Source of the DNA: Dehalococcoidia bacterium
Lineage (GTDB): Bacteria; Chloroflexota; Dehalococcoidia; SM23-28-2; RBG-16-64-32
NCBI GenBank assembly: GCA_040882565.1
Contig: JBBEAZ010000030.1
Coordinates: 3,447 to 67,446, forward strand
Direction of reading: 5' to 3'
Length of the DNA stretch: 64,000 nucleotides
In this document: one piece after another, positions 37,303 to 47,174 of the stretch
Layout of the letters: each line of letters opens with the position of its first letter
Position numbering within the stretch: position 1 is the stretch's first letter
Program-made: the position numbers and the translations under genes
Notes under the pieces: model-generated
What the model was told of the DNA's origin: nothing
Database searches by the model: none
The model's input: only the letters and a program-made list of their open reading frames with translations

Positions 37303-38001
37303 CTAAAACGGGAGCTGGATGCGGCGGAAACGCTCGAGGAAGCGCCCGTCAGGATCACGCCAGAACTGGAGTAGGCGCTCCTTCATGCCGTCCATGTCGT
37401 TGATCTGGCTCTCGTGGCAGGCCAGAGCTTCGAATTTCTTGTCGAGCGCGTCGGTAATGTCGACCTCGAAATTGGTGTCGGTCGCGGTCCAGAGGTAGAC
37501 CTCGCGCGTGCTGTACGGCTCGAGGCCCTCAGCGATCAGTTCCGGGAAGCTGGGTCGGTTGCGCGCCATCGGATACACGGCGTCGAGGGCAACGCTGCCG
37601 GCGGCGCGGTGGTCCGGGTGATTGATGAACATGTTGCGCACGATGTGGTTGGGGTCGTGGCTGAAGACGGCGTACGGCTTGATGCGGCGGATGTAGCGAA
37701 CGACGTCGCGCATGAAGTCCTGGTTGTAGGTCAGCTCACCATCGACGTTATCCAGAAAGAAGACTTCCTTTACGCCTAGGGTGTCAGCGGCGGCCTTCTG
37801 CTCCTTCTGGCGGAGGGGCACAAGGACTTCTCTGGTCATATCGGGGTCCTCGCTGCCCTTGGAGCCGTCGGTGCAAATCAGGTAGTAGAACTCCCAGCCT
37901 TCCTTCGTCCACAGGTAGGAAGTGCCTGCTGCTCCGAACTCGGAGTCGTCCGGATGCGCGGAGATGATCAACGCCCTCTTGGGGCCTTCGGAATCGCTCA
38001 T
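37303..38001 (-). CDS. PIG-L/LmbE family deacetylase
   Basis: AHPDDSE, TDGSKG, HPDH, CHESQ. Confidence 0.92.
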   Translation of the reverse strand: MSDSEGPKRALIISAHPDDSEFGAAGTSYLWTKEGWEFYYLICTDGSKGSEDPDMTREVLVPLRQKEQKAAADTLGVKEVFFLDNVDGELTYNQDFMRDVVRYIRRIKPYAVFSHDPNHIVRNMFINHPDHRAAGSVALDAVYPMARNRPSFPELIAEGLEPYSTREVYLWTATDTNFEVDITDALDKKFEALACHESQINDMDGMKERLLQFWRDPDGRFLERFRRIQLPF

Positions 38002-38093
38002 TGGTACACGTACGTCCTCTAGTCCAGATCCCATGTTGGTTCGCGGCCGGCCTCGCGGGTATCGTCGCGGATTGTACCGGTGACGCGCGTCTG

Positions 38094-38146
38094 TTGACAA
38101 TCGAACGTATGGTCCCTAGACTTTTGACTTGGCGAACAAAGGTTCG
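38094..38146 (+). promoter_or_regulatory. lexA promoter with SOS boxes
   Basis: TTGACA-N17-TAGACT; perfect CGAAC-AAAG-GTTCG at 38133-38146 and 1-mismatch CGAAC-GTAT-GGTC in the spacer (38102-38114). Confidence 0.85.
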
Positions 38147-38180
38147 TTTTATCATCGGCGAGCCGCCCCGGAGGATACGA

Positions 38181-38810
38181 ATGAAGGACCTGTCGGCGAA
38201 GCAGAACCGGATCCTGGACTACATACGCGGATTTATCGACGACCACGACTACCCGCCAAGCATCCGCCAGATCCAGGAGGCCTGCGACATCAGCTCTACG
38301 TCTGTAGTGGACTACAACCTGCGCATCCTAGAGCGCCAGGGGCATATTCGCCGCGACCGGGAAGTCTCGCGGGCGATCGAGTTGTTGCAGGGTGGCCGGC
38401 GCGCGCCGCGCGTCGTCCCGGTGCCGATCATCGGCACGATCGCCGCAGGCCAGCCGATCCCGGTGCCCAACGACGCGACCGACATGTCCGATACGATTGA
38501 GGTCTCGCCCGAGATGCTCGGCGACCATGAGAATGTCTTCGCTTTGCGCGTGAAGGGCACGTCGATGATCGACGCGCTGGTGAACGACGGCGACGTTGTG
38601 ATCCTGGAGCGCACCTCCACGGCGCGTGACGGGGAAATGGTCGCGGCCTGGCTGAAGAACGAGCAAGAGGCAACGCTCAAAAAGATCTTCCGCGAGGGAG
38701 GCCGCGTCCGCTTGCAGCCTGCAAACGAGACGATGCAGCCGATCTATACCGACGCCGGTAACGTCGAGGTCCAGGGCCGCGTTATCGCCGCGATCCGGCC
38801 GACGTACTAG
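38181..38810 (+). CDS. lexA: SOS repressor LexA
   Basis: YPPSIRQI, IAAGQP cleavage site, VKGTSM catalytic Ser, ATLK catalytic Lys. Confidence 0.96.
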   Translation: MKDLSAKQNRILDYIRGFIDDHDYPPSIRQIQEACDISSTSVVDYNLRILERQGHIRRDREVSRAIELLQGGRRAPRVVPVPIIGTIAAGQPIPVPNDATDMSDTIEVSPEMLGDHENVFALRVKGTSMIDALVNDGDVVILERTSTARDGEMVAAWLKNEQEATLKKIFREGGRVRLQPANETMQPIYTDAGNVEVQGRVIAAIRPTY

Positions 38811-38914
38811 CAGCGAGAACGTCAGCGGCGCTGTTATAATGCGTCTACCCCACCGTCGCGCCGATGTGTTCGTTACGGACGAGCGCTAGCGGCCCCAGCC
38901 AAAGGAAGGCGTCC

Positions 38915-39925
38915 GTGCAAGACACGATCCTCCGTGTCGAAGACTTGCGAGTTGAGTTCGCGACGGTTGACGGAGTCGTCAAGGCCGTCAACGGAGTTTC
39001 GTTTGAGCTGAAGCGAGGGGGCACGCTGGCGATCACGGGCGAAAGCGGCTCCGGGAAGTCGTCACTCGGCCTGGCGATCATGCGATTGCTGGCGCACCCC
39101 GGCGCCATCACAGGCGGCAGCGTCTATTACGGCGGGCGCGACCTCGTCGCGCTGCCCGAGGACGAAATGCGCCCCCTGCGTGGCCGAGAAATCGCGATCG
39201 TCTTCCAGGACCCAAGCACCGGCTTGAATCCTGTGCTTTCTGTTGGCGACCAGGTGGAAGAGATCATTCGCACACATCTATCGGTCTCGAAACGCGAGGG
39301 GAAGAGGATGGCGATCGACGTGCTGGCCAAGCTTGGGCTGCCCGACCCGGAGGACATCGTCCGCCGGTATCCATTCCAGCTTTCGGGGGGGATGGCTCAG
39401 CGCGTGATGATCGCCATCGCGACGGCGCTCAACCCCTCGCTGCTGATCCTCGACGAGCCGACCTCTGCTCTGGACGTGACGGTGCAGGCGGCGATCCTCG
39501 AAGACATGGTGAGCCTCCAACAGCGGTTCGGCACGTCGATCATCCTGATTTCGCACGACCTCGGTGTCGTCGCGCAGATGGCGGATCACGTCGCCGTCAT
39601 GTACGCGGGCTACGTGGCCGAGTACACGGACGCGCAATCGTTGTTCCGGTCGCCGCGGCACCCGTACAGCTGGTCGTTGCTCGCGAGCCGGCCGCGCTGG
39701 GACAAAGACGGCCATGAGCGGCTGACAGCAATCCGCGGCACACCGCCTTCGCTGATCGACCTGCCGGACGAGTGTCCTTTCCTGCCGCGTTGTCACAAAG
39801 CGACGACCGAATGCCGGACGCAGCCGGCGCCGAAACTCGAATCTGTCGGGCCCGGCGTGCACCTGGCGGCGTGTTATAACCCGATGTACAGTGACGAACC
39901 TGACGCCAACTTGAGGAGCGCCTGA
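38915..39925 (+). CDS. Oligopeptide ABC ATPase (DppD/OppD)
   Basis: GESGSGKS, FQDP, QLSGGMAQR, HDLGVV, CPFLPRC. Confidence 0.92.
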   Translation: MQDTILRVEDLRVEFATVDGVVKAVNGVSFELKRGGTLAITGESGSGKSSLGLAIMRLLAHPGAITGGSVYYGGRDLVALPEDEMRPLRGREIAIVFQDPSTGLNPVLSVGDQVEEIIRTHLSVSKREGKRMAIDVLAKLGLPDPEDIVRRYPFQLSGGMAQRVMIAIATALNPSLLILDEPTSALDVTVQAAILEDMVSLQQRFGTSIILISHDLGVVAQMADHVAVMYAGYVAEYTDAQSLFRSPRHPYSWSLLASRPRWDKDGHERLTAIRGTPPSLIDLPDECPFLPRCHKATTECRTQPAPKLESVGPGVHLAACYNPMYSDEPDANLRSA

Positions 39926-39928
39926 ACG

Positions 39929-40429
39929 ATGAGCCAACGCAGTGATCCAATCCGCGCGCTCTGGGACCGCGTGCGCGGCCTCGGGCGGCGCTTCGAGGAA
40001 GAGATCTACGACTTCACGGAGGAAGACGCGGAGCGTGAGGAAGAGCCGCGCGGTCGTAACACGCTGATCGCCTTGCTCAACGGTTTCCTGACGATGTGGA
40101 AGGCTAGCCAGGCCAGCGCCGCCGAGCGGACTCTGGGTTCGCTGGCCGGCGTGAGTGTCGTCTGGCTGGTGGTAGTGGACCGGGGCCTGGGATTCAAGCG
40201 CACGTGGTTGCGCATCCCGGCAGCGACGTTTGCGATCATCTGGTTCGTGCCGGGGCTGATCGCCGGGACGTGGACGGTGGTCGCCAACCTCGGGGTCGAG
40301 AATATGCGTCGCTGGCGCTCGTGGCCACTCACGCTGGTCTTCTCGATGTCCGGGCTGATCGCATTCCGCGCCGTCTTCAGCGAGCTGGCGCGCAAAGAGT
40401 TGCGGCCGCTGTCCCGTCGGGACGACTGA
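39929..40429 (+). CDS. Hypothetical membrane protein
   Basis: Three hydrophobic segments; starts 3 nt after the upstream stop. Confidence 0.6.
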   Translation: MSQRSDPIRALWDRVRGLGRRFEEEIYDFTEEDAEREEEPRGRNTLIALLNGFLTMWKASQASAAERTLGSLAGVSVVWLVVVDRGLGFKRTWLRIPAATFAIIWFVPGLIAGTWTVVANLGVENMRRWRSWPLTLVFSMSGLIAFRAVFSELARKELRPLSRRDD

Positions 40430-40526
40430 ACCCGGGCGGCACCGCCCCATTGGCAAGTGCCTGACTGCGCGTGCTTAGCGTGCGTGCTAGACTCGGGCCT
40501 GGATCTGAGATTCGAATGGAGTAGGC

Positions 40527-41594
40527 ATGTCTGACAGGAGCTACAGGATTGCCGTCCTGCCCGGCGACGGCACGGGTCCGGAAGTCGTCCGCGAAGGACT
40601 GAAGGTGCTGGAAGCCGCCGCCGCGGCGACGGGCTTCCGCTACGATCTCGAGCACTACGACCTCGGCGGCGAGCGCTACCTCAGCACGGGCGACATTTTG
40701 CCGGATTCCGCGCTCGAAGAACTGCGTGGCTTCGATGCGATTTTCCTCGGCGCGATTGGTCACCCGGAGGTGCAGCCCGGAGTACTCGAGAAGGGGCTGC
40801 TGCTGCGGCTGCGCTTCGAGCTGGACCAGTACATCAACCTGCGGCCGGTGAAGCTGTACCCGAACGTCGAATGTCCACTCAAGGACAAGGGGCCGGAGGA
40901 CATCGACTTTGTGGTCGTACGTGAGAATACGGAGGGCCTGTACAGCGGGATGGGCGGCTTCCAGTACAAGGGGACGCCGCAAGAGGTCTCGACGCAGATT
41001 CACATGACGACGCGCTTCGGCGCCGAACGCGCGATCCGCTACGCCTTCGACCTGACACGCAAGCGCGACAAGGTGAAGCAGTTGCACCTCGTCGGCAAGA
41101 CGAACGTTCTGACGTTCGTCCACGACACCTGGTGGCGCGCTTTCAACGAAGTTGGCGAGGCGGATTACCCCGATGTGCGGCGCGAGTACGCGCACGTCGA
41201 CGCGACGTGCATGTGGTTTGTGAAGAACCCGGAATGGTTCGACGTCATCGTTGTCGAAAACATGTTCGGTGACGTGATCACCGACCTCGGCGCCATGATC
41301 CAGGGTGGCATGGGAATCGCCGCCGGCGGCAATATCAACCCGGCCGGTGTCTCGATGTTCGAGCCGATCGGCGGGAGCGCCCCAAAGTACACGGGCCAGG
41401 GTGTGATTTGCCCCCTGGCCGCCATCGCGGCCGCGCAGATGATGATGGAGCACCTCGGTGAGGAAGAGGCCGGGCGGCGCATCGAAGACGCCATCGTGAG
41501 GGCGCTGGCCACCGGCAAGATCAAAACGCTCTCCGCAGGCAAGATGGGCATGAGCACCAGCGAAGTCGGCGATTTGGTCGCGGGCCTCGTCTAA
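40527..41594 (+). CDS. leuB: 3-isopropylmalate dehydrogenase
   Basis: LPGDGTGPEV, INLRP, VRENTEG, NMFGDVITD, FEPIGGSAPK. Confidence 0.93.
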   Translation: MSDRSYRIAVLPGDGTGPEVVREGLKVLEAAAAATGFRYDLEHYDLGGERYLSTGDILPDSALEELRGFDAIFLGAIGHPEVQPGVLEKGLLLRLRFELDQYINLRPVKLYPNVECPLKDKGPEDIDFVVVRENTEGLYSGMGGFQYKGTPQEVSTQIHMTTRFGAERAIRYAFDLTRKRDKVKQLHLVGKTNVLTFVHDTWWRAFNEVGEADYPDVRREYAHVDATCMWFVKNPEWFDVIVVENMFGDVITDLGAMIQGGMGIAAGGNINPAGVSMFEPIGGSAPKYTGQGVICPLAAIAAAQMMMEHLGEEEAGRRIEDAIVRALATGKIKTLSAGKMGMSTSEVGDLVAGLV

Positions 41595-41647
41595 GCTGCC
41601 TTCCCTCCGGCACTTTCGTTGACAGACCCCGGTGACGGGCGCATCAT

Positions 41648-41854
41648 GCTGGTAGTCCGTACCAGAGGGGTGAACGCATTCGCAATCGAATAGACGCCGG
41701 GTTACCCGTGCCCGAATGCGCGGCCGCCTTCGGTGACGTCGATTGCAGCGGATACGTGGATGTCATCGACTCGTTGAAGATCTTGGCATTCGACGCCGGG
41801 ATACCAAAGCCGCAAACGGCCTATTGCCCGGCGGTCGCCGCGGCGTTCGCTTAG
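41648..41854 (+). pseudogene. Orphan dockerin-type repeat remnant
   Basis: GDVDCSGYVDVIDSLKILAFDAGIPKPQTAYCPAV; only in-frame start is GTG 41708 (48 aa). Confidence 0.6.
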
Positions 41855-42714
41855 TCGAAGACGACGGTCTTGTTGCCGTAGACGACAACGCGGTTGCGCA
41901 GGTGTAGATCGACGGCGCGCGCCAGCACGTTGCGCTCGACGTCGCGGCCCTTGCGGATGAGGTCCGTGACTGAGTCACGGTGACTGACGCGGGCGACGTC
42001 CTGGTCGATAATTGATCCCTGGTCAAGGGCCGCGGTGACGTAGTGGGCGGTGGCGCCGATGATCTTGACGCCGCGCTCGTAGGCCTGGTGGTAGGGACGG
42101 GCGCCGGCGAAGGCGGGGAGGAATGAGTGGTGGATGTTGATGATGCGGTTCGGGTAACGCCCGACGAAGTCCTCGCTGAGCACCTGCATGTAGCGGGCGA
42201 GGACGATGGCGTCGACATCCCACTCTTCGAGTAGCTTCAGCGCCAGGTGTTCCTGCGCCGTCTTGTTGTGCTCGTCCACGGGCAGGCAGTGAAAGTTGAC
42301 GCCGTATGTTTCTGCGATCTCGCGATGGTCTTCGTGGTTGCTGATGATCAACGGCACCTCGCCGCGCAGTTCGCCCATCCGCCAGCGGCCGAGCAGATCG
42401 TAGAGGCAGTGCGGTAACTTCGAGACGAAGAGGGCGACGCGGGGGACGTAGTCGCTGTAATGGAGGCTCCATTGCATGCCAAAATGGAGAGCAATCGGCT
42501 TGAAGGTGGATTCGATCTCCTCGCGTGGGACTTCGAAGCCATCCAGTTCCCACTCCACGCGCTGGAGGAAGACGCCTTCCTCTTTGTCGGTGTGCTGGTC
42601 GGCGTGGATGATGTTGCCGTTGTTTCGGTAGAGGAAATCGGAGACAGCGGCGACCAGGCCGCGCTGGTCGCGGCAAGAGATCAGGAGTGTGGCGGTAATT
42701 GGTTCGTCAGTCAT
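41851..42714 (-). CDS. purU: Formyltetrahydrofolate deformylase
   Basis: N-terminal ACT domain, LARYMQVLS, INIHHSFLPAFAGARPYHQA. Confidence 0.97.
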   Translation of the reverse strand: MTDEPITATLLISCRDQRGLVAAVSDFLYRNNGNIIHADQHTDKEEGVFLQRVEWELDGFEVPREEIESTFKPIALHFGMQWSLHYSDYVPRVALFVSKLPHCLYDLLGRWRMGELRGEVPLIISNHEDHREIAETYGVNFHCLPVDEHNKTAQEHLALKLLEEWDVDAIVLARYMQVLSEDFVGRYPNRIINIHHSFLPAFAGARPYHQAYERGVKIIGATAHYVTAALDQGSIIDQDVARVSHRDSVTDLIRKGRDVERNVLARAVDLHLRNRVVVYGNKTVVFD

Positions 42715-42804
42715 GTCGTATTAGTGGACGGAATTATAGCGCGGGTGTTGTAGGGAATCCCGCACTTTTGTCTCACAGCGCCTTCGGGATACACTGAAGC
42801 GGCC

Positions 42805-44406
42805 ATGAATCCCAGCAAAACGCCCATCGAGCTGTACGACACGACGCTCCGTGACGGCACCCAAATGGAGGGCATCTCGCTGTCCGTCTCGGACAAGCTG
42901 AAGATCGCGGAGCGGCTCGACGAGGTCGGCGTTCACTACATCGAGGGCGGCTGGCCCGGGTCGAACCCGAAGGACGCCGAGTTCTTCGCACGAGCGGGCG
43001 AGCTGCGCTTGCAAAAGGCGAAGCTCGTTGCGTTCGGCTCGACGCGCAGAGCCGGTTCAACGGCGGAAAACGACCCGAACCTTCGGGCCCTCGTCGACGC
43101 GAGGACGCCGGTCGTGACGATCGTCGGGAAGGCGAGCGGGCGCCAGGTAACGCAGGTGCTGGAGACGACGCTTGAGGAGAACCTCGCGATGCTGGCGGAC
43201 TCGTTCCGCTTTCTCAAGAGCAAAGGCCTGAAAGTGTTCTTCGACGCCGAGCATTTCTTCGACGGCTTTGCTTTCGACAAGGAATACGCGCTGCAGTGCC
43301 TGAAGACCGCAGCCGGCGCCGGTGCGGATTGCGTCGTGCTCTGCGACACCAATGGCGGGACCGTGTCATCGCAGGTGGCGGAAATCGTGCGACTGGTTCT
43401 ATCGGAGGTGGACTGCCAGGTCGGCATGCACGCACACAACGGCGCGGACGTGGCCGTCGCCAACTCGCTTACGGCAGTTGAGGCCGGGGCGACGCATGTG
43501 CAGGGCGCGGCGAACGGCTACGGCGATATGAGCGGTAACGCGAATATGTTCAGCATCATCGCCAACCTCAAGTTGAAGATGGGCATTGAAGTCGTCACGG
43601 ATGAGCAGTTGCAGAAGCTTACCGAGGTCTCGCACTTCATCAGCGAGGTTGCAAACATGCCGCCGAGCCCGCGACAGCCGTACGTCGGTTCCGCGGCGTT
43701 CGCACACAAGGCAGGGCTGCACGCGGCGGCCATGGTCAAGGAATCGTGGTCGTACCAACACATCGATCCTGTGCTCGTCGGCAACGACACGCGGATACTG
43801 ATCTCTGAGCTGGCAGGACGGCGGAACATCGTGGCCAAGCTCGAAGAGCAGGGTGTGCACCTGGACCTGAGCCAGGAGGATGTGCGCGGGTTGCTAGAGA
43901 AGGTCAAGCTGATGGAGTCGCGGGGTTTCGTCTACGAGGGCGCCGAGGCGTCCTTTGAGCTGCTGGTGCGCCGCAGCCGGCCGGACTATCAGCCATTCTT
44001 CGAACTGGTGGACTTCATGGTGGTCGAGCGGCGGCACCGCAACCCGACCGAGGAGACGCGCGAGATGATCTCGGAGGCGATGGTTAAGCTGCGCGTCGGC
44101 GAACGGATGATGATCACGGCGGATGAAGGGAACGGCCCTGTGAACGCGCTGGACGGAGCGGTCCGCAAGGCACTGGCAGAGACGTACCCGGACATCGGGA
44201 CGATCCACCTGGTGGACTACAAGGTGCGAATCATCGATTCGGCGGCCGGCACTGGCGCCCAGGTCCGTGTTCTGATCGAGTCGACGGACGGCCAGGAGAC
44301 ATGGACGACCGTTGGTTCGTCGACAGACATTATCGAGGCATCGTGGCTGGCGCTGGCCGACAGCCTGGAATACTGGTTGACGCGGCGCAACGGCGCTCGT
44401 AACTAA
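42805..44406 (+). CDS. cimA: Citramalate synthase (LeuA/CimA family)
   Basis: YDTTLRDGTQ, EGGWPGSNPKD, DAEHFFDG, AFAHKAGLH, GNGPVNALD. Confidence 0.88.
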   Translation: MNPSKTPIELYDTTLRDGTQMEGISLSVSDKLKIAERLDEVGVHYIEGGWPGSNPKDAEFFARAGELRLQKAKLVAFGSTRRAGSTAENDPNLRALVDARTPVVTIVGKASGRQVTQVLETTLEENLAMLADSFRFLKSKGLKVFFDAEHFFDGFAFDKEYALQCLKTAAGAGADCVVLCDTNGGTVSSQVAEIVRLVLSEVDCQVGMHAHNGADVAVANSLTAVEAGATHVQGAANGYGDMSGNANMFSIIANLKLKMGIEVVTDEQLQKLTEVSHFISEVANMPPSPRQPYVGSAAFAHKAGLHAAAMVKESWSYQHIDPVLVGNDTRILISELAGRRNIVAKLEEQGVHLDLSQEDVRGLLEKVKLMESRGFVYEGAEASFELLVRRSRPDYQPFFELVDFMVVERRHRNPTEETREMISEAMVKLRVGERMMITADEGNGPVNALDGAVRKALAETYPDIGTIHLVDYKVRIIDSAAGTGAQVRVLIESTDGQETWTTVGSSTDIIEASWLALADSLEYWLTRRNGARN

Positions 44407-44433
44407 TCACCTGCTGCTCACGTTTACACGAGC

Positions 44434-45162
44434 GTGACTGACGCCCAGGTCCGCGCCGCCCTTATCGCCCTATGGCTTGCAGGACTGGTCGTATTTGCGC
44501 TGATGGCCGTGCTCGCGGCCGCCCACGACACGTTCCCCATGGACGTCTGGTTGACAGAGCGGCTACAGTCCGTGCACAGCGAGGCGCTCAGCCAGACACT
44601 CAACACGACGTCGGATCTGGCGGTGATGCCGTGGCTGGCGCTCGTTGCGGGCGTTGCTGTGGTCGGCTACCTCGTCCGGGGCGGACCGATGCCGCCGCTC
44701 CTCCTCGTTGCCGCTGTCACCTCGCGCGTGGTGGTCGGGATTCTCAAGGAGGTGGTCGAGCGGCCGCGTCCGTCCCCGAGTCTCGTGGATGTGGAGCATC
44801 AGTTGAGCAGCCTGTCGTTTCCGAGCGGGCACTCGTTCAACGCGATGCTCATCTACGGACTGATCTTCTACTTCGCGACGGTCCTTGTGCGGCCGCCGGC
44901 CAGCCGCCGCGCCATCCAGGCTGCGTGCGTCTGGGTGATTGTGCTCACGGGCGTCCAGCGAGTCTACTTTGGTTACCACTGGACAAGCGACGTGCTGGGC
45001 GGCTTCCTGCTTGGCGCCGTGTTCGTTGGTGTATTCGTCGGGCTGCACAGGCTTAGTCTGCGCTCGCCGATGCTGCAGCGGCGCTTGCGCGGCGGCTCCT
45101 TCGCGTTTAGTCTAGCGCCAGCCTCGCCAGGTGTGTCCCATACCCGATCGGAACACCAGTAA
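44434..45162 (+). CDS. PAP2 family phosphatase
   Basis: KEVVERPRP, SFPSGH, RVYFGYHWTSDV. Confidence 0.9.
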   Translation: MTDAQVRAALIALWLAGLVVFALMAVLAAAHDTFPMDVWLTERLQSVHSEALSQTLNTTSDLAVMPWLALVAGVAVVGYLVRGGPMPPLLLVAAVTSRVVVGILKEVVERPRPSPSLVDVEHQLSSLSFPSGHSFNAMLIYGLIFYFATVLVRPPASRRAIQAACVWVIVLTGVQRVYFGYHWTSDVLGGFLLGAVFVGVFVGLHRLSLRSPMLQRRLRGGSFAFSLAPASPGVSHTRSEHQ

Positions 45163-45674
45163 TGAACTGGCTCGATGTAGCGATCGTCCTGGTCATTGTC
45201 GGCTTCACTGTGGCGGCATATTCATCCGGCCTCATTCGCGAAGTGGTGACGCTCGCTGCTGTCGTCATTGGTATCGTGGTGGCAGGCGCGTTGTATGACA
45301 ACCTGGCGCGAGACGTGCTGGTGTTCATCAACAACGAAGGCGCAGCGGAGGCGGTGTCGTTCCTGGCGCTTTTTGGCTCGGTGTATCTCTTTGGGCAGAT
45401 CGCGGCTTACATGCTGAAGACGGGCGCATCGCTGCTGATGCTCGGGCCGTGGGATCACCTGGGCGGCGCAGCATTCGGCCTAATCAAGGCGATCTTCATC
45501 GTGCAGATCCTGCTGATCGTCTTCGCCGGCTACCCGAGCCTTGGCATGGATGAAACGGTCGACAATTCGGCATTGGCGACGTACTTCGTGGACGACTTCT
45601 CGTTTCTCCTGAGCCTGCTGCCGCAGAATTTCGAAGATAGGATAGACGACTTCCTCGCGCCGACACCCGCATAG
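45162..45674 (+). CDS. CvpA family protein
   Basis: MNWLD...GLIRE...DHLGGAAFG. Confidence 0.88.
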   Translation: MNWLDVAIVLVIVGFTVAAYSSGLIREVVTLAAVVIGIVVAGALYDNLARDVLVFINNEGAAEAVSFLALFGSVYLFGQIAAYMLKTGASLLMLGPWDHLGGAAFGLIKAIFIVQILLIVFAGYPSLGMDETVDNSALATYFVDDFSFLLSLLPQNFEDRIDDFLAPTPA

Positions 45675-45744
45675 TCCTTTACGGTGCGATTATTGCCGCC
45701 CTGCAAATCTGTCTGATAGTATGATTTCCGGTGGTGATTTCTAG

Positions 45745-46281
45745 ATGGGGCCACGTTTACCAGTATTGGTGCTCAATCAAAATTTCGAGCCGCTAAACGT
45801 TTGCAACGTCAGGCGGGCTCTAGTTCTGCTTGACCGCAACAAAGCGGAAATCATCGAAAACGGCCGCGGATACCTTCACAGCGCCACTGCCCTCTACGAA
45901 ATCCCTTCTATCATTCGCCTCGCGTACCTGATCCGGCGACCGCGTCCGCAGGGCCGGCTCACCCGGCGCGACATCTTCCTGCGCGACCACTTCACCTGCC
46001 AGTACTGCGGCTCGACGACGAAGGACCTGACGCTGGACCACGTGTTGCCGCGACACCGGGGCGGCGCGCACGAGTGGGAGAACGTGGTCGCGGCGTGTAA
46101 GCGCTGCAACCACCAGAAAGCGGGTCACACACCCGAAGAGGCGCGAATGCATTTGCGCAAAGAGCCGTACCAGCCGACGTATAGCTACTTCCGTACGTTC
46201 TACCACTACTTGGAGAGCAACCAAGGGTGGCGGAAGTTTATTCCGGCGATCGACGGCGATCCGGACGGCGGCTTCGCGTAA
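45745..46281 (+). CDS. HNH endonuclease (McrA-like)
   Basis: VLVLNQNFEPL, RDHFTCQYCG, LDHVLPRHRGG, CKRCNHQK. Confidence 0.92.
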   Translation: MGPRLPVLVLNQNFEPLNVCNVRRALVLLDRNKAEIIENGRGYLHSATALYEIPSIIRLAYLIRRPRPQGRLTRRDIFLRDHFTCQYCGSTTKDLTLDHVLPRHRGGAHEWENVVAACKRCNHQKAGHTPEEARMHLRKEPYQPTYSYFRTFYHYLESNQGWRKFIPAIDGDPDGGFA

Positions 46282-46350
46282 CCGCGTCAGCGCGGCAGGC
46301 AGCTCCCCTACGCAGTCTCCCCGCAAAAGGACGCCTTCGACCGAAATCCG

Positions 46351-47166
46351 TCACTTTTGGCACTGGCGGCAGAAGTTGGTCTCGCGGCCGCCGGATGTGA
46401 TGGCGGTGATCTTGTGGCCACAGCGCGGGCAGTCTTCCCCGCCTTTAGCGTGCACCCGCAGATGGTCGCGGTACATCTTCAAGGGCAAGCCCTTTTCTTC
46501 CATTGTCTCGGTGACTATCGGTGAAGCCCAGTTCATGACGTCACGGATCGAACGGAAGAGCTTGCGCAACTCGTCCTCGGGAATGTCCGTACGCTTGCGG
46601 AAGGGGTGGATGCCGGCCTCCCACAAAACTTCGTCCGAGTAAGCGTTGCCGATGCCAGCGATCGTGCGCTCGCTGGTGATGATGTTCTTGATCATGCCGC
46701 GGCCGGTCATCATCCGCGCGAGGAAGCCGTCCTCGTTGAGGTGGGGGCTCATGATGTCGGCGCCCATCTCGGACCAGCGCGGGATGTGCTCGGCAAACTC
46801 CTCCGGTCGCACCAGGAACGCGCGGCCCATGCGGCGCTCGTCGGAATAGCGCAGGTCCATGCCGTTGTCGAGATGGAGGATCCAGCAGGTCATTGAGCGG
46901 CGCTTGTGTGCAGGCTCAACGTACTGGTAGCGGCCGGCGAGCATCGCATGAACGACCAGGTAGTCGCCGCTATCGAACGGAAACATCAGGAGCTTGGCGT
47001 GACGGTAGACCGGCTTGAAGACCTGGCCCTTCATCCGCTCGAGGAACTCCTCCCGCCCGACACGGACGATCCAGGCGATCGGGGCCTCCGCCTCGACTAC
47101 GGCCAGGCGTGGCAAGCGCTTGTTGAAGTAGGTAGCGTAGCCTTCGAGGTCGGGTATCTCTGGCAT
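46351..47166 (-). CDS. Fpg/Nei family DNA glycosylase
   Basis: N-terminal PEIPD, H2TH GIGNAYSDE, C-terminal zinc finger. Confidence 0.92.
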   Translation of the reverse strand: MPEIPDLEGYATYFNKRLPRLAVVEAEAPIAWIVRVGREEFLERMKGQVFKPVYRHAKLLMFPFDSGDYLVVHAMLAGRYQYVEPAHKRRSMTCWILHLDNGMDLRYSDERRMGRAFLVRPEEFAEHIPRWSEMGADIMSPHLNEDGFLARMMTGRGMIKNIITSERTIAGIGNAYSDEVLWEAGIHPFRKRTDIPEDELRKLFRSIRDVMNWASPIVTETMEEKGLPLKMYRDHLRVHAKGGEDCPRCGHKITAITSGGRETNFCRQCQK

Positions 47167-47174
47167 GGTGTTCC

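Noticed and set aside
41646-41693. 15-codon ORF MLVVRTRGVNAFAIE as a leader peptide
   Set aside because: No regulatory codon run, no attenuator and no downstream same-strand operon.
45745-46281. HNH nuclease as a defence system or mobile element
   Set aside because: Common stand-alone family; no methylase, repeats, integrase or cas genes nearby.
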